A DNA stretch of 64,000 nt from Eledone cirrhosa (GCA_964016885.1 OZ024746.1:43338001-43402000); one strand, 5' to 3'; counted from the stretch's first letter, positions 1 to 13,325 are shown. The notes: generated by a model not told the origin, from the sequence alone. Made by a program: numbers and translations.

Positions 1-1324
1 GATATGATAATGTGAATGGTAATATGTCCACTCTTCCATCTTTCTAATGGAAACACATTTATGTAGCATGTTCAATGTTTGCAACTGTCAAGTGTATCAA
101 ATTCAGTATAATTTACATTGTCTGTCTGTGTTGGTCTTTAAAACAGAATGTTAGGGTTGGCAACAGTAAGGTCATCTGGCCATAAACACAACCACAAAAT
201 TTCCTGTCCATCTCATATCAGCATGAGAAGCAGACGTAAAGAGTGATGGTGATGGGGATTATGATGATGCAAACTTTAAAACCATGCATTTTAACGCTGA
301 AGCTTCTTAGCCTAGGAAGCACCTACTGGTACAGATATATATAATAGTAAACTGCTGATCTTTAAATCAAATTTTGGGTCCAATATATTTTACATATTAC
401 TTTATTTCTTAAGCCAAATTCCACCTATTATATTATAAATTATTTACAAATGAACAAATTGTTGAGTTGATCTAAAATATGCGGCCTTCAATATTTTCCG
501 ATGTAATTTACTGACAATCATAGAAGAAAGTCTTTTATCATTCACTACTTTCCAATATAGTTAACAATTCACAGCACAGCCATTTCATTTCTGATCAGTG
601 TTACTGCAGCTTGATCTTTGATGTGTATTCTATGTTACAGAAGAATGATTTATCATTTCCAATCAAGTACACTATTATTCTGTTGACACCACTTTCATTC
701 CTTTCCCAAATGCAAGCATAATCCATTTGTAATCTCAATATCTCTGAGCAATTCAACATATCTTACATTAATAACTCTTACCCAATATATTCCACAATGG
801 GCCTCTGATAGGAAAGAAAGACTAGTTATTGCACATCTCCAGAAAACAGAATTGCATTTTCATCATTCTACTCATAAAAATCTCAAACAATCCCTATCCA
901 TTCTATGACAAAGAAGCTTTAACAAGAATCTCTTGAAAAGCCTATATTCTCAATTTACTTTGAAAAGCCTATAATCTCAATATAGCTATAATGGCATCAA
1001 AGGGACAAACACTCTCTTATGATACCAAAGCATCTTTAATCCTGAGCAATTACTGAGCCATTATAAGTTAGATATATGTTACAGCTTGGAGTATAGTGTC
1101 TATATCTGAAATAGTATACCTTACTCATTCACAAAAATATTTGATTGCCTCTAATAAAATGTTAACTAAATACTATAAATTATTTCATTAACTTGTCAAC
1201 AGACCTGGATTTATAACCACTATTCTAGGTGGTGTTAATTTCAAATTGCTTATCAACCTCTCAAATATACGTATTGAATCTTTTATTCAGTCAATATTCA
1301 CACACAAACACACACACATATATA

Positions 1325-1584
1325 TAAAGTGGTTGTGCAGGTGTCATGACAAAAAGCACCCAGCACATACTGTAAAGTAGTTGTGTTGGAGTCACAACAA
1401 AAAGCACCCAGCACACACTGTAAATGTGGTTGGCATTAGGAAGAGTATCCAGCCATAGAAATCTAGCCAGAAACAGTCATATATGAGCAAGACATGGTCA
1501 CCTGAGTCAACTTGCCTCTAATGTGACAACCCATCTAACCCAAGGTAGGATGGAAAATGGATGTTAACCGACGATGATGATGAT
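1325..1584 (+). mobile_element. SINE family A (CORE-like, RTE-type tail), 3' part
   Basis: gtggttggcattaggaagagtatccagccatagaaa body and ...ggaaaatggatgttaa(c)gacgatgatgat tail match the copies at 23225, 37815 and 52017; internal ~45-bp repeats. Confidence 0.7.
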
Positions 1585-3007
1585 CATCATCATCATTTTA
1601 CGTCCGCTTTTCCCTGCTTGCAAGGGTGGGACGGGTCTTATTCAACACAGTATCTCTCCACTTGTCACGGTCCTTCGTCATCTCCACCGTGAGCTTCAGC
1701 AATCTGTGGTCTGTTTTCACCACCTCTGCCCATGTGTTTCATGGTCTACCTCTACCACATCTTCCTTCAACTGGCATTTCCTGGCACTTCTTCACCCATC
1801 GGCCATCCTCCATGCGCATCACATGTCCATACCACCGCAGTCTCCTCTCTCGCACACTACATTCTATCCCTCTCAGATAGTTTCTCTCTCAACACATCCA
1901 TGCTGGGTTGTTCACGCACATTGACATTGCACATCCAACGGAGCCTGCTTGCCTCATTTCTCTCCAGCTGTCGCATATCCTCTGCAGTTGCTGCCCAAGT
2001 CTCACTACCATGCAGCATCGCGCTCCTCACACAGGCATCATATAACCGGCATTTCGTATGCATGGAGAAACCCTTCTTCATCAACAGAGGAATCAGCTCC
2101 CTAAACTTCTTCCAGCCCGTCCTTATTCTAGATACTATGGTCTTGGAACACCCCCTCCCATGCTAATCTGATTTCCTATGTACCGGAAGCTATCAACCAC
2201 TTCTATAGCACCCACCTGCATTTGAAAAATGTGTCTATCAATGCAACTTCTACTGTCTAATTTCCCTGTACATCTACTGCATATGTATTTCTCCCTACCT
2301 GTTAGTTTGCCTGCTATCCCACTACATCTCTTGTGTACCCAAGATCTGCACTGTGTGCATTTTATAGAATTTATGCCAGTTCTTTTTCTGCATATCGAAC
2401 ATGGCCATTTCCCTGACGGAATCAGAGTTTTGTCCTCTTTTCTACTCATCAACACTTTTGTCTTAGCTAGGGTCACTCTCAGTCCTCTTGATTCCAACTG
2501 CTGTTTCCATAGCCAGAATTTATTCTCTAGCTCCTCTACTGATTCTGCTATAAGAACCAGATCATCAGCATAGAAAAGTTCCCATGGACATCCAGTCTTA
2601 AACTCCTCTGTTATGGCTTGGAGGTCTATAATGAACAAGAGCGGGCTGAGGACTGAACCCTGATGTACTCCTACTTGTATTTGGAATTCCTACCCTGACT
2701 TTACTGAGAGCACCTCTATACAAAGTTAGCACTGTCCTCACAAGCCATTCCTCAACATCTAGTTTCCTTAGGGACCACCAGATGACAGATCGGGGTACCT
2801 TATCAAAGGCCTTCTTTAGGTCAACAAAAGCTAAATATAGTGGCTTATTTTTCTCTAAGAACCTCTCTTGTAATTGTCTCACCAAGAAGAGGGCATCTAT
2901 TGCACAAAACCAAACTGCATCTCAACTAGTTTGACCTTTTCTCTAATTAGTTGTGCTAATATCTTTACTGCCACTTTCATAAACTGATCCATCAGTTTTA
3001 TACCCCT
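1585..3007 (-). mobile_element. RTE-clade LINE, 5'-truncated, degenerate
   Basis: RT motifs AFVDLKKAFDKVPR, LFYADDLVL, FRY(I)G and RLYDACVRSAMLHGSETW; 3' end cccttgcaagcagggaaaagcggacgtaaa(atg)n; closely similar to 24390-25822; gatgatgatgat direct repeat at 1573-1584 and 3008-3019. Confidence 0.93.
1857..2885 (-). pseudogene. Frameshifted reverse transcriptase with embedded PHD finger (2270-2401)
   Basis: ORFs 2598-2885, 2135-2638 and 1857-2084 are consecutive RT pieces; YADD present; C-x2-C-x10-C-x2-C-x4-H-x2-C-x14-C-x2-C motif. Confidence 0.9.
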
Positions 3008-3058
3008 GATGATGATGATATATATACACACACACACACAAATATATATATATCATCA

Positions 3059-3270
3059 ACATCATCATTATTATCATCATCTCTGTTTTATGTCAATTTT
3101 TCACGCTTGCATGGGTTAGATGAGTTGTAATGTTCTGAGTTTATCCTGGTCAGATAACAATGTCTCATTCATATGCTGCATTCTGGCTTAGTTTATATAG
3201 TTCGATGCTCTTCCTATAGTCAGCCATTTCATGGTGTATACTGGGTTTGCTTTATTGAGGCATCACCACT
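3059..3270 (-). mobile_element. Degenerate SINE A 3' part
   Basis: (cat)n tail followed by tttttcacgcttgcatgggttaga and gatgctcttccta, resembling other copies. Confidence 0.5.
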
Positions 3271-3528
3271 GTCATATGGTATACAATGTAATAAATAACT
3301 CAGAGTGCTACTGAGAATTATTTCTTTGATCAAAACTAATTTAGTTTGAGTATACAATAAAAATGACTATTACAACATTTTGAGCAGTTAATTGGCTAAA
3401 TTGAGGAGACATTTAAAACCAAACTTTAGCAGCATAGAAATGTAGTATCTACTATCAATACCCAGTCTTCTGACATGTTTCTGCCCGTCAAGTCCGCACT
3501 AGTTTGTGGTGACTTGATTCTTTCATCG

Positions 3529-3784
<256 letters not shown>

Positions 3785-4692
3785 CACAGTAAACGTTTCA
3801 TAACTAAATTAATAAGATTGCTCTGAAAATATTTTATTAACAAAAGAAACTAAACTATATGTGAATTAACACAATGATACACTTTTTATAACACTTCTTT
3901 GAAGCTATTTCCATAAAGCAATTCATTTAAGTTTTGTTTATGACAATGATTAACAACATAAATAATTGTATAAGAATGTCTGTGAATTAGTATTTACTTA
4001 AGTCTTTCTGATGCAGACAAATTTCATTATCAATCAAAATATCAAATATAAGATAGTAATACTTCTGTTAGATTGCAGTCCTTAATGTTGATCTCCGTTT
4101 CACATATTTTATCAAGAATAGACAATTTAATACTCTTAACATCAATTCTGTCTATATTTTACTTGGGTTCAAGCCAAATTCTGTTCTAAATGTTCCATAT
4201 TTAGAGAGGAGTGCTTATAATGTTATATTGAATTCGCTCAGCTTATTTTCACAATAGTGGACAAATGATTTTACTATTCTAAATATTGTACAAGGGATTA
4301 TTTCTTACTTATGATGTATCAGCTTCCAAGAATTGGAACCTTCAAATAAACTAAAAATGTACTACAGTTAATAAGCAAAAATCAATACTAAAGTATTCAT
4401 AAAGGAACACTACTTCATTCTTACATTAATTCTATCAAAGTAGTTAATGTTATATTTTAAACTATTGCAATATGAAATACTATTCTTAGAAGTTTCATTT
4501 GTTGTTTTAAGAGATTACATAAAACTTAGGTTCTTATTACATTGAACACAAATTAGATCACAAATTAAATCCTGAATACACTGTTGTTAATTCATATAAA
4601 CATTTTCTCTGAGCATATTCATCCACCATTTCACTTTAGCTTTTAAATAAAGCAAAGTAAATTTTTTGTTTCATATTATTTTTTAGACTAAT

Positions 4693-4888
4693 AGTTAAGT
4701 TAGGCTGAAAGTTTCATAGGTTGACTATGGAGGAGTGATGCTAGTGCTGTGAAATCTTGCATGCATTAATTTTAATTCTTTTTATTAATAACTGCATTGC
4801 TTCATTCTAGGGACTATGTTGAAAAATATACCTCATTTGGTCATTCCATTCCATTGGTCAGCTTATGAACTTTTCAGCCAATCCTTAT
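4693..4888 (+). mobile_element. Mariner-derived MITE
   Basis: TIRs ggctgaaagtttcataggttgac / gtcagcttatgaacttttcagcc; internal gggactatgttgaaaaata resembles the mariner C-terminus GDYVEK. Confidence 0.7.
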
Positions 4889-5991
4889 ACATATGTTATT
4901 GACCTGGAACAATTGGACAGTTTTCTTCAAATGTACACGTTCAAATTAACACTGTTCTTTTCTAATTTCAAGAGAATTAAATTTATACCCTATTTCAGTT
5001 GAATCTATTATTTTATAATGTCAAATTATATTTTGTTTTAAAACTAATTCTTTTCTCTCTCAAAAAAAAAATTATAAATGAAAAAAACATATAAATTGTA
5101 AATTTAGTCTATCACAGAAATTTGTGCTATGAAATAATTTTATTTAATTTTTCAAGGAACTCAGTAGAGTATATATTATTCTAAGTGAATATAAATTCTT
5201 TTCATTCTGAAGTTTGGTAGATATTTTCATCAGTTTACTATTATATAGATAGTTAGAATGGATAGAGATAATGAAAAGTAAAGAATATAAGTTTCTGAAT
5301 GATCACAGAAACATTAATCTCAACTAGAAATATAACAATGAAATATGCAGAACCTTTAGATTGTTATAATACTATTAATTATCAAATCTAAACGATAGAA
5401 GTATTTTCACGGAGTAACTATAAATAAAGAATACTAAGAAGTCTCCCTATCAATCCCCCTTTTGTGTTTCCTCAAAGGAAATGTTAAACAGTGTCATCTG
5501 CAGAGTAAAAGGAAAATAAAAAGATTGCCTCCTCATTCTTGAATAATTTGGAAAGTTATACGAGCAAGGTCAATGAGGTGAATTACCAAGTTAAATGGAC
5601 ACATTAAATCATTGATCATAAGGGAATAGATTTGGTATGGATAAATGATGTACAGCGGAATAAAAGGAAACTTTTACACAAATACTAGCAAGAAGTGGAA
5701 ACAAATAATCAATATTATTGAGGAATCCAGCTTTTCAATAAATTCAATTTATCATAAAATGTTCCAGTATGTATTTGTCAATTCGTCAACAAGTTCTTTA
5801 ATACAGGTCTTCTAGTATAAGTCAAATAACAAAATATATGTCAAATTAAGCAAGCATTTTAGATTTTTTAAGTGAAACTGTGACCACTTTATATTGATTG
5901 TTCATTGCAGAATAATTAAAACTGGAAAGCGCGTCAACAATAGAGTTCAATTTTTTAACATCACCAACCTTCTTTTTAAATAAGATATAAT

Positions 5992-6068
5992 TGTTTCTAC
6001 GTTAGGCACAAGGCCAGCAATTACCCAGTGCATTACTGGTACTTTATTTTATCGACCCCGTAAGGATG
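5992..6068 (-). mobile_element. SINE family B, 5'-truncated, with 14-bp TSD
   Basis: Matches the 3' half of 9694-9877; TSD aaataagatataat at 5978-5991 and 6069-6082. Confidence 0.85.
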
Positions 6069-7433
6069 AAATAAGATATAATGATATGTAATATACACAA
6101 TCTGATGAAATTTCTTAGGAAATATATGCCATGTTAGTAAAGCTAATATCATTGCATAAATATATTTGTGACCATCTGGAATCAACTAAATATCTAAAAA
6201 TAATCAACAAGGAAATGAAATAAAACCACACTAAAAGTACAGATACAATGGGTAGTTAACATAGAATGAGATATCAATTGAGTGAAATAAAAAAAAAGAA
6301 AAATTAATTATTAATGAAGATTTCAAAATGCGTGTATAGAATGTGTAAAATGAAGACACTAACAGGTGGAAAGCATAAAGCTAAAGAAAATAAACATACG
6401 AAAATAAGAAAAATAAAATTAATAAAATACATATGACAATCGTAAGTATTGAAGCAGAAAGACCTCATTCATATAGATATATAATATTAGAGACAGAATT
6501 ACATAAGAGGCAATGATAGGTTCAATAAAACAACACCCTAGATCCAGTATCAATTAAAATAGAAAAGAATAATTCTTAAAATTTAAATATTTCACATTTG
6601 GTTATCTAGAAATTCAGGAGTGAAAATATGAAACCAAATCATAATTACATTTTCAATGCCAAAGATTCGGAAAGGTAAAAGCTGAAGCAGTAAGACTATA
6701 TGTATATATATATATATATATTATATCATGCAAGCGTGGAACATGGACGTTAAACGATGATGATGATGATGATATATATATATATACATACAACAAGTGT
6801 GAATTGTTGAAAGATCAATTAAGTTATGCCAGCAATTTTTAAGCTCAATGTGATTCTACAATCAGTAAAGTGAAAGAATCTATTTATTCAAGGTGTAATC
6901 CATAGAATCAGAAACTAAAATTTAGGAAAATGAATCCAGGGTGTTGTATGAATGTAGGTGTATATACTAAAATGTGGGCATTAAATTATTAATTTATTTA
7001 CCTAATCACACACACACACACGTGCGTGCATGCGAGTAAGACAGTCTCCTAACCCAACTTGCCTCAAATGGGACAACCTGTCTAATCCATACTAGTGTGG
7101 AAAATGAACTATAAACAATGATGATAAATATATATACACATACACACACATATATATACATATATACACCTACATATGTATAAATAAATATATACATGTA
7201 TATATTTATTCATACATATGTAGGTATGTTTTTGCACATATAAATCCAATCCTTTCTCATTCTTGTTGGTGGACCCCATCCCTGGTTGACCTCCACTGTT
7301 TTGGGTTTTAGTCATTTCTTTAGGGGTGTAGCCATACTCATTACACTTGGCCAATAGTGGGTTGGTAAGGCTATTTAACCCATAGTTTCAGTGGATGGCC
7401 GCTGACACCGAGAAAGTTCATCCACCCTTTTTC

Positions 7434-7467
<34 letters not shown>

Positions 7468-8654
7468 GGCAACTGACTGTGTAGCTTGTTGATGTGTACT
7501 AGAGAAGACTCGACTACCATTATGAAGATGTGGCCTGCCCCATTCATGCAACTCTCCTCTATTGCTCCTTAGTAACTATTCCTAACCTTGTTAAACTCTA
7601 CCACACTTGTCATACTCCCATGATATAATTCTTGTTTTCCAATATCTCACCTGCTATACTTACCATTGACATCCTATTTGACATCTTACCTCTCCAATCC
7701 TTTTCTCCTTACAAAGCATAGTGATGGCTTTTCAGCCATGTCAATAACGAACAACTTCCCTTGTGCTGGTGCTATGATAAAACACACCCAGTACATGATC
7801 AAAAATGTTTGGTATTAGGTGTGCATCCAGCAATACAAACCATACCACAACAATGTTTTTAGGGGTGATGCAATGAAGAATGTAAAGTTGTTGGTATGGA
7901 GGAATGTCACATAACCATAGAAAACTTGCTAAACAAAGAGCTGAGAGGACATTTCAGTTTTATTTAGAACCTAACAACCTGTCTAGAGTTGGTATCACAT
8001 TAAAAAGCATTCAATACAGACTGTGTCAGACCTGCGAACCTCTAAAACCAAACGGGGAGAAATGAAGCAAAATGTGGAGATTTTATATATTGAAAGCTAT
8101 ACCTATTTTCACAAAAGAAGACATCTCTTGCCCACTTCAAAGTGTGTGGGAAATCTTCCTGTTGGATGGGGGAGAGTTGACAGGTCTGTTGTGTAAAGTG
8201 GTTGGTGATAGTGAGTACTTCCAGACAGAGAAAACATGCCAATCATGCTATTTTACCTTCCCCAGACAAAAAATATATATTAATTATGAAATTTAAGAAC
8301 TTATAAATTATGATGTAAAACATTTTTTTTTTCCATTTTCAGTGCATAGCTGATGTCTCACAATGCTTGTACATATTACTTCTTAGAGTAAAATTAGCCT
8401 AATTTTATCATCATGTGCTCTCAAACAGTAGCTCTATAATTGCGATTAATCATGAAATATTATAACATATTACTTGCAATTAATTAAAATATGCATTTTC
8501 TCATCACAATAACTAATTACATTTAGATAATCAATCCCCAATTAATCTATATCGCCCAATCAATCAGTAATCAGCCAATTTGCTTATCAGTGCACCCCTA
8601 ATAGACACATACACTTATACATATACATGTACACAGATACAGAAACATACATGC

Positions 8655-8710
<56 letters not shown>

Positions 8711-9182
8711 TGATGTAAATATTTATATATATGCTTACATATATACAAAAATCTTCACTAATACTAGCAGAAGAACCGCCCCTCGGGCGGTTTTCTGCGA
8801 GCATGTATTTAATATATATGCACATAGATATAATACGTAAATTGACAATATGCACATAAACCGAACAAAGACTGTGTTACACTTACTTCTGTAATCAGTA
8901 AAGTAATACATGATACATTTTAAAAAAATGTGATAATGGAGATGGAAAAGCAATGAAACTGTTGACGGAAAATGTTCATGTATCTTCACTTGAGAATGTC
9001 GATGGGAAGCTTCAAGCAGTGAATTTGAAAATAGATGCTGGTATGAAGAGTTGACCTTCGCTATATTGTTGCTTTACTGTATTCACATATAGACTTTTTA
9101 AGTTTTTGTAGTGTCCCTTTTCTAGCAGTTAAAAAGAAACTGAAATGCATTTCAACTAAAAGAGAGTGGTAGGTGTTTCACA

Positions 9183-11405
9183 TCACTGTAGAATTCCTTT
9201 GTAGACACAGTTGTCAGCAAACAGACCCTTTTCATTTAATATTTTTATATTTTCTTTTTTTGTAACTCGTGATAATGCAACATACATCTGACCATGTGAT
9301 AAGAATTGTGTTGGTAGATATACACCTATCTTTTCAAATGTCTGCCCTTGTGCCTTGTTGCATGTAAGGGCAAAGGCTGGTTTGACAAGAAATTGCTTGC
9401 GAGTAAAGGTGAAAGGGAACTCAAGCTCTTGAGATACATGTGGTATCCTTGGGATTAGCAACCTTGTTAGCAGCATTGGGACCCAATGCCATTCAACTTC
9501 AATTACATGATTGTGTAAACTGATGATGATGTAGCATGTACCATTGAAATGCCCGTTTAGAGGATCCAGATTTCTCAGAAGCATGATGCAACTGCCTTTC
9601 TTCAGTTTAAGTATGTGTGTTGGGAAGCCTGATGTGGTAAGTTTGTTGATGAACTCAATTGGATATTGCAGTTCATTATCTACTGTATCCAAAGGCGGTG
9701 GATTGGCTGTATCGGTAGAGGGTTGGACACCATGCTTTCCAGCATAGTTACGTCCCTTTACGATCTAAGTTCAAATCCCGCCGAGGTTGACTTTGCCTTT
9801 CATCCTTACGGGGTCGATAAAATAAAGTACCAGTAATGCACTGGGTTATTGCTGGCCTTGTGCCTAAAGTAGAAACAATTATCTACTGTATCAGAGCTTC
9901 TGTAGATTATTTCATGACCAGGGAACTTGTTGACAAGTTGCAAGCCATAGTGGGTTTGTGTAGTTTCCTGGACAATTTGTATACACAAAATCACCCGGTC
10001 CAGGCACATTACCATATTCCAGACAAAGTTCATTTGGCAGAAGAATTGTGAATGCACCTACAGTTGGAACAGTTGGAATGTTACCATTTCCCACATCAAG
10101 AAGGTAGTTTGCAAACTGTCTTTCATCAGAATCCTCTGCATTAATTAACCGTTGATTGGTTGTCATCTCCATGGTTTCCACATTGTCCCAGAGATAGGAT
10201 CTTTTGATGGTTGCCTCAACTATTTGTGGTCTAACACCATGATGTACAACTGGAAGAATTTGCTTCCAGTCACCAGATAGTAATACTGTTAGACCACCAA
10301 ATGACTTTTTGCAATCTCGAACATCTTTGAAGCTCCTGTCAAGGCATTCAAAGATATGCTTAGGTCCCATACCTATCTAATCAATGATTAGCAGGTCAGC
10401 TTGCTGCCATCCCTCTTTGTGAAGAAGCAAGTTGATTCAGCAGTCATATTGAGAGGAATCTTGCATTTGGAATGAAGAGTTCTACCTTTGTGAAGCTAAG
10501 TGGCTGCTATTCCAGATATGGCAGTGGCAAGGGCAACTTTTGTTTTTAGATTGGAGGTAATCCTATAGGATGTTTATGACATAGGTCTTTCCTGTACTTG
10601 CACTTGCATTCAAGCAGAAAATTCTGCCTTCGATTTCATTTACAGAGGTGATTACTTTGTCAAAAATAACCAGTTGCTCAGGATTCAATGTTGGCAGAAG
10701 TTCATTTATATTTGCTTGCAGTTGGTGTGTATTGAAATCAGTTTCTGCCATAAGAACCCTGTTGATTTCTAGTATGGCAACAATAGATGGGTCTGGCCGA
10801 GGAAGTCCATAGTTGGCATGAATGTCCAAGCCATCATGTTGAAGTCTTTGTTGGATCTTCTGTAGAACAATCTGCACGGTTTGCATGGACATGACTTGCT
10901 CATGACGTTCATGCATGATATCCTCTGCAAGACAATTCTTCCATTTCTCCCAGAACTGCAGAGGGTCATTTGGCACGCTGTACAATAAAATGGTGCAGAA
11001 GATCTCTCGCAGCTGAGGACCAAGCATAATGGATGAGGCCTCTTCCCTAGCTTTGTCTTTTTCTCCATCTTCATCTAACAGACCAAGTTTCCTGCATGCT
11101 TCTTGGAATGTTGGAAATTCAACTCCTTCAATTGTCCTCAAATCTTTGTATGAAGTTGACCTAGCCTTGTGATGTAGGATCCTCCTGAGGTAATATAATT
11201 CAGATTGATGTCTACTGAGAGATACTGTTGGAATGCGTCCAAGAGATTCACTCATAAATTGTTGATCACCATCCAGATGTCCCTTTTTTCTTCTTTGCCA
11301 CTTTTTGTTTGTCCAAGTGAAATATTTAGGAATATCAATATACAATATGTTTTGTGTCAGTGGGTCTCTAACATTCAGTTGAAAATATTTTGTCAACTTA
11401 GTCAT
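9183..11405 (-). pseudogene. Helitron PIF1-like SF1 helicase region, frameshifted and SINE-interrupted
   Basis: LNASASTGKT (Walker A remnant), FGGLTVLLSGDWKQILPVV, IMLLRNLD..NGT, PAFALTCNKAQGQT, HGQMYVALSRV. Confidence 0.93.
9690..9877 (+). mobile_element. SINE family B (tRNA-like head, Meta-domain-like core), full length, inside the Helitron
   Basis: Box-B-like gttcaaatcc; core gcctttcatccttacggggtcgataaaataaagtaccag; 15-bp TSD attatctactgtatc at 9675-9689 and 9878-9892. Confidence 0.9.
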
Positions 11406-12136
11406 TGGTTGTCCCCTAGAAACAATACTTTCTTCCTGCCCTCACTCATACACAACCATTTGTTCCCCAGGTAAATGGCAAGACAACTTTTCAACTGGCA
11501 GTTTTCGATGATATAATGGAAATGTATAGATTCTCCAGAATGCTTCACTGGCTGAGATGTACCATGCATTGATATAGGTCTCAATCTCATTTTGGGCATG
11601 GACTCAATTTCCTTGATCATCCTTAATAGTGAAAGTGATCTTGTCTGATCCTTTTGTGATGTACTTATATAAGTACTTAACAGCCTTGACACTGGACAAC
11701 CTCACAATTGATTTAGCACTGATATCTCAATGAGAGGAAAGGGTTGTATTGAACAATCCAACGATTATCAACAGTAAATTCTTGACCTTTAAGTTGAATT
11801 GTATGGGTGTGACCACCATGCTGTCTATCCCTTCTATACTCCGGAAAGGAATTTTCGGCAACAAATGTGATTTGTCTGAATGCCTTGGGATAACATTTTG
11901 AGCAATGGCATTGTTGTCCTAGCCCTTCCATACATGAGCACATCATATTAGCTTGTCCACATGGGCCATGAATGTTGCAGGATGTGATGATCTTATGCAG
12001 AATTGGATTGGTCTCTTTATCAGAAATCTCACAGTACACTACCTGATCAATGGCATCAGCAGTTTTGGGCTTGCTATCTTCAGCCATTATCAGCAGAATA
12101 TGAGGATGAGTGAGGCCTCATTTTCTGCCACTCTAT
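11402..12136 (-). pseudogene. Helitron Rep (HUH endonuclease) region, frameshifted
   Basis: EWQK-RGLTHPHILL (HUH motif, read across a 1-nt frameshift at ~12090-12136), IHGPCG, DNRWIVQYNPFL, KYLYKYITKG (~11645-11680). Confidence 0.9.
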
Positions 12137-12224
12137 TGTAGCAGAATGAGCCACAAATTTCCTATTCTGTGTGTGTGTGTCTATCTGTTATTCTATTGTG
12201 TGTGTGTCTATGTGTTCATATGTA

Positions 12225-12485
12225 TGATGGTACCCTATCGCTTGCAAAGAGGATTCTTTCAGCTAGGTTTCTCAAATGAAATTGCCTGAAATTAAGGTGA
12301 GAGTGTCTAAGCATTCCATAGACACATATAACGGAGGGTTTCAGGGTGGGACTACATTGGTTTTTCGACTTAATGGCAGAGTACATTTATTTTTACTTCA
12401 GTGGAGAGAAGAAAGATGAAATAAAGTGTCTTGCTCAAGAACACAATGCACTGATGGGATTCAAACTCTCAACATTACCATCACG
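12225..12485 (-). mobile_element. Degenerate CORE-like SINE with a different body
   Basis: gaaataaagtgtcttgctcaagaacacaa...ggattcaaactc head shared with SINE A; the rest differs. Confidence 0.5.
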
Positions 12486-12559
12486 AGACACACACATGGA
12501 CATAAACACACACACATATGTACACATACACAGTAACACACATATGCAAACAGATACAT

Positions 12560-12600
<41 letters not shown>

Positions 12601-12638
12601 AACACTTATGCACACACACAGATACACAGCACACATAC

Positions 12639-12692
<54 letters not shown>

Positions 12693-12874
12693 GTATATGA
12701 ATGAGTTTATGCAATGGTAATACATACAGACAGCCACATATACAGATAACCACACTATAATCTATCTTTCTATCTACCTACCTATATATCTACATATCGA
12801 TCTATCAACCTATCTGTCTGCCAACCTACCTGTCTATCTACCAATCTATTTCTCACACACACATCTATTCTAGA

Positions 12875-12987
12875 GAGTGTGTCCGTTAGATGTATTATTG
12901 CATTTCAAGAATTACGAAGAATTTGCAAGTTACTTCATCCGGGGAGGATTAATAATAGCTTCACTAACCTCGGAAGACGATTTGTGC

Positions 12988-13031
<44 letters not shown>

Positions 13032-13285
13032 GTGCATGCGCACTACGGACCGCCTTCGCGTATGTGCACCAGACTTTGCTCGTGTGCACTTCGGACCAGG
13101 CTTCGCGCGTGTGCACTTCGGACCAGGCTTCGCCTATATATATATGTCTATGTATGAATAGATATATGTGTGTGTGTGTGTCCGTTAGATGTATTATTGC
13201 ATTTCCTGAATTACGAAGAACTTGCAAGTTACTTCACCCGGGAGGATTAATAATAGCTTCACTAACTTCAGAAGACGATTTGTGT
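12875..13285 (+). repeat. ~115-bp direct duplication around a GC-rich 29-bp tandem repeat
   Basis: gtgtccgttagatgtattattgcattt...gaagacgatttgtg at ~12877-12987 and ~13175-13285; cgtgtgcacttcggaccaggcttcgc twice at 13081-13133. Confidence 0.85.
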
Positions 13286-13325
13286 GTGGTGTGGTGTGGT
13301 GTGGTGTGGTATGCATGTGTGTGTG

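Larger units (their letters stand above)
8764..12140 (-). mobile_element. Helitron (RepHel), 5'-truncated, degenerate
   Basis: Minus-strand 3' end gcagaaaaccgcccgaggggcggttcttctgCTAG followed by T (GC hairpin plus CTAG); Rep and PIF1-helicase ORF fragments in the correct order. Confidence 0.95.

Noticed and set aside
13072-13135. 29-bp GC-rich repeats resembling CRISPR repeats
   Set aside because: Adjacent tandem units without unique spacers, eukaryotic context, no cas genes
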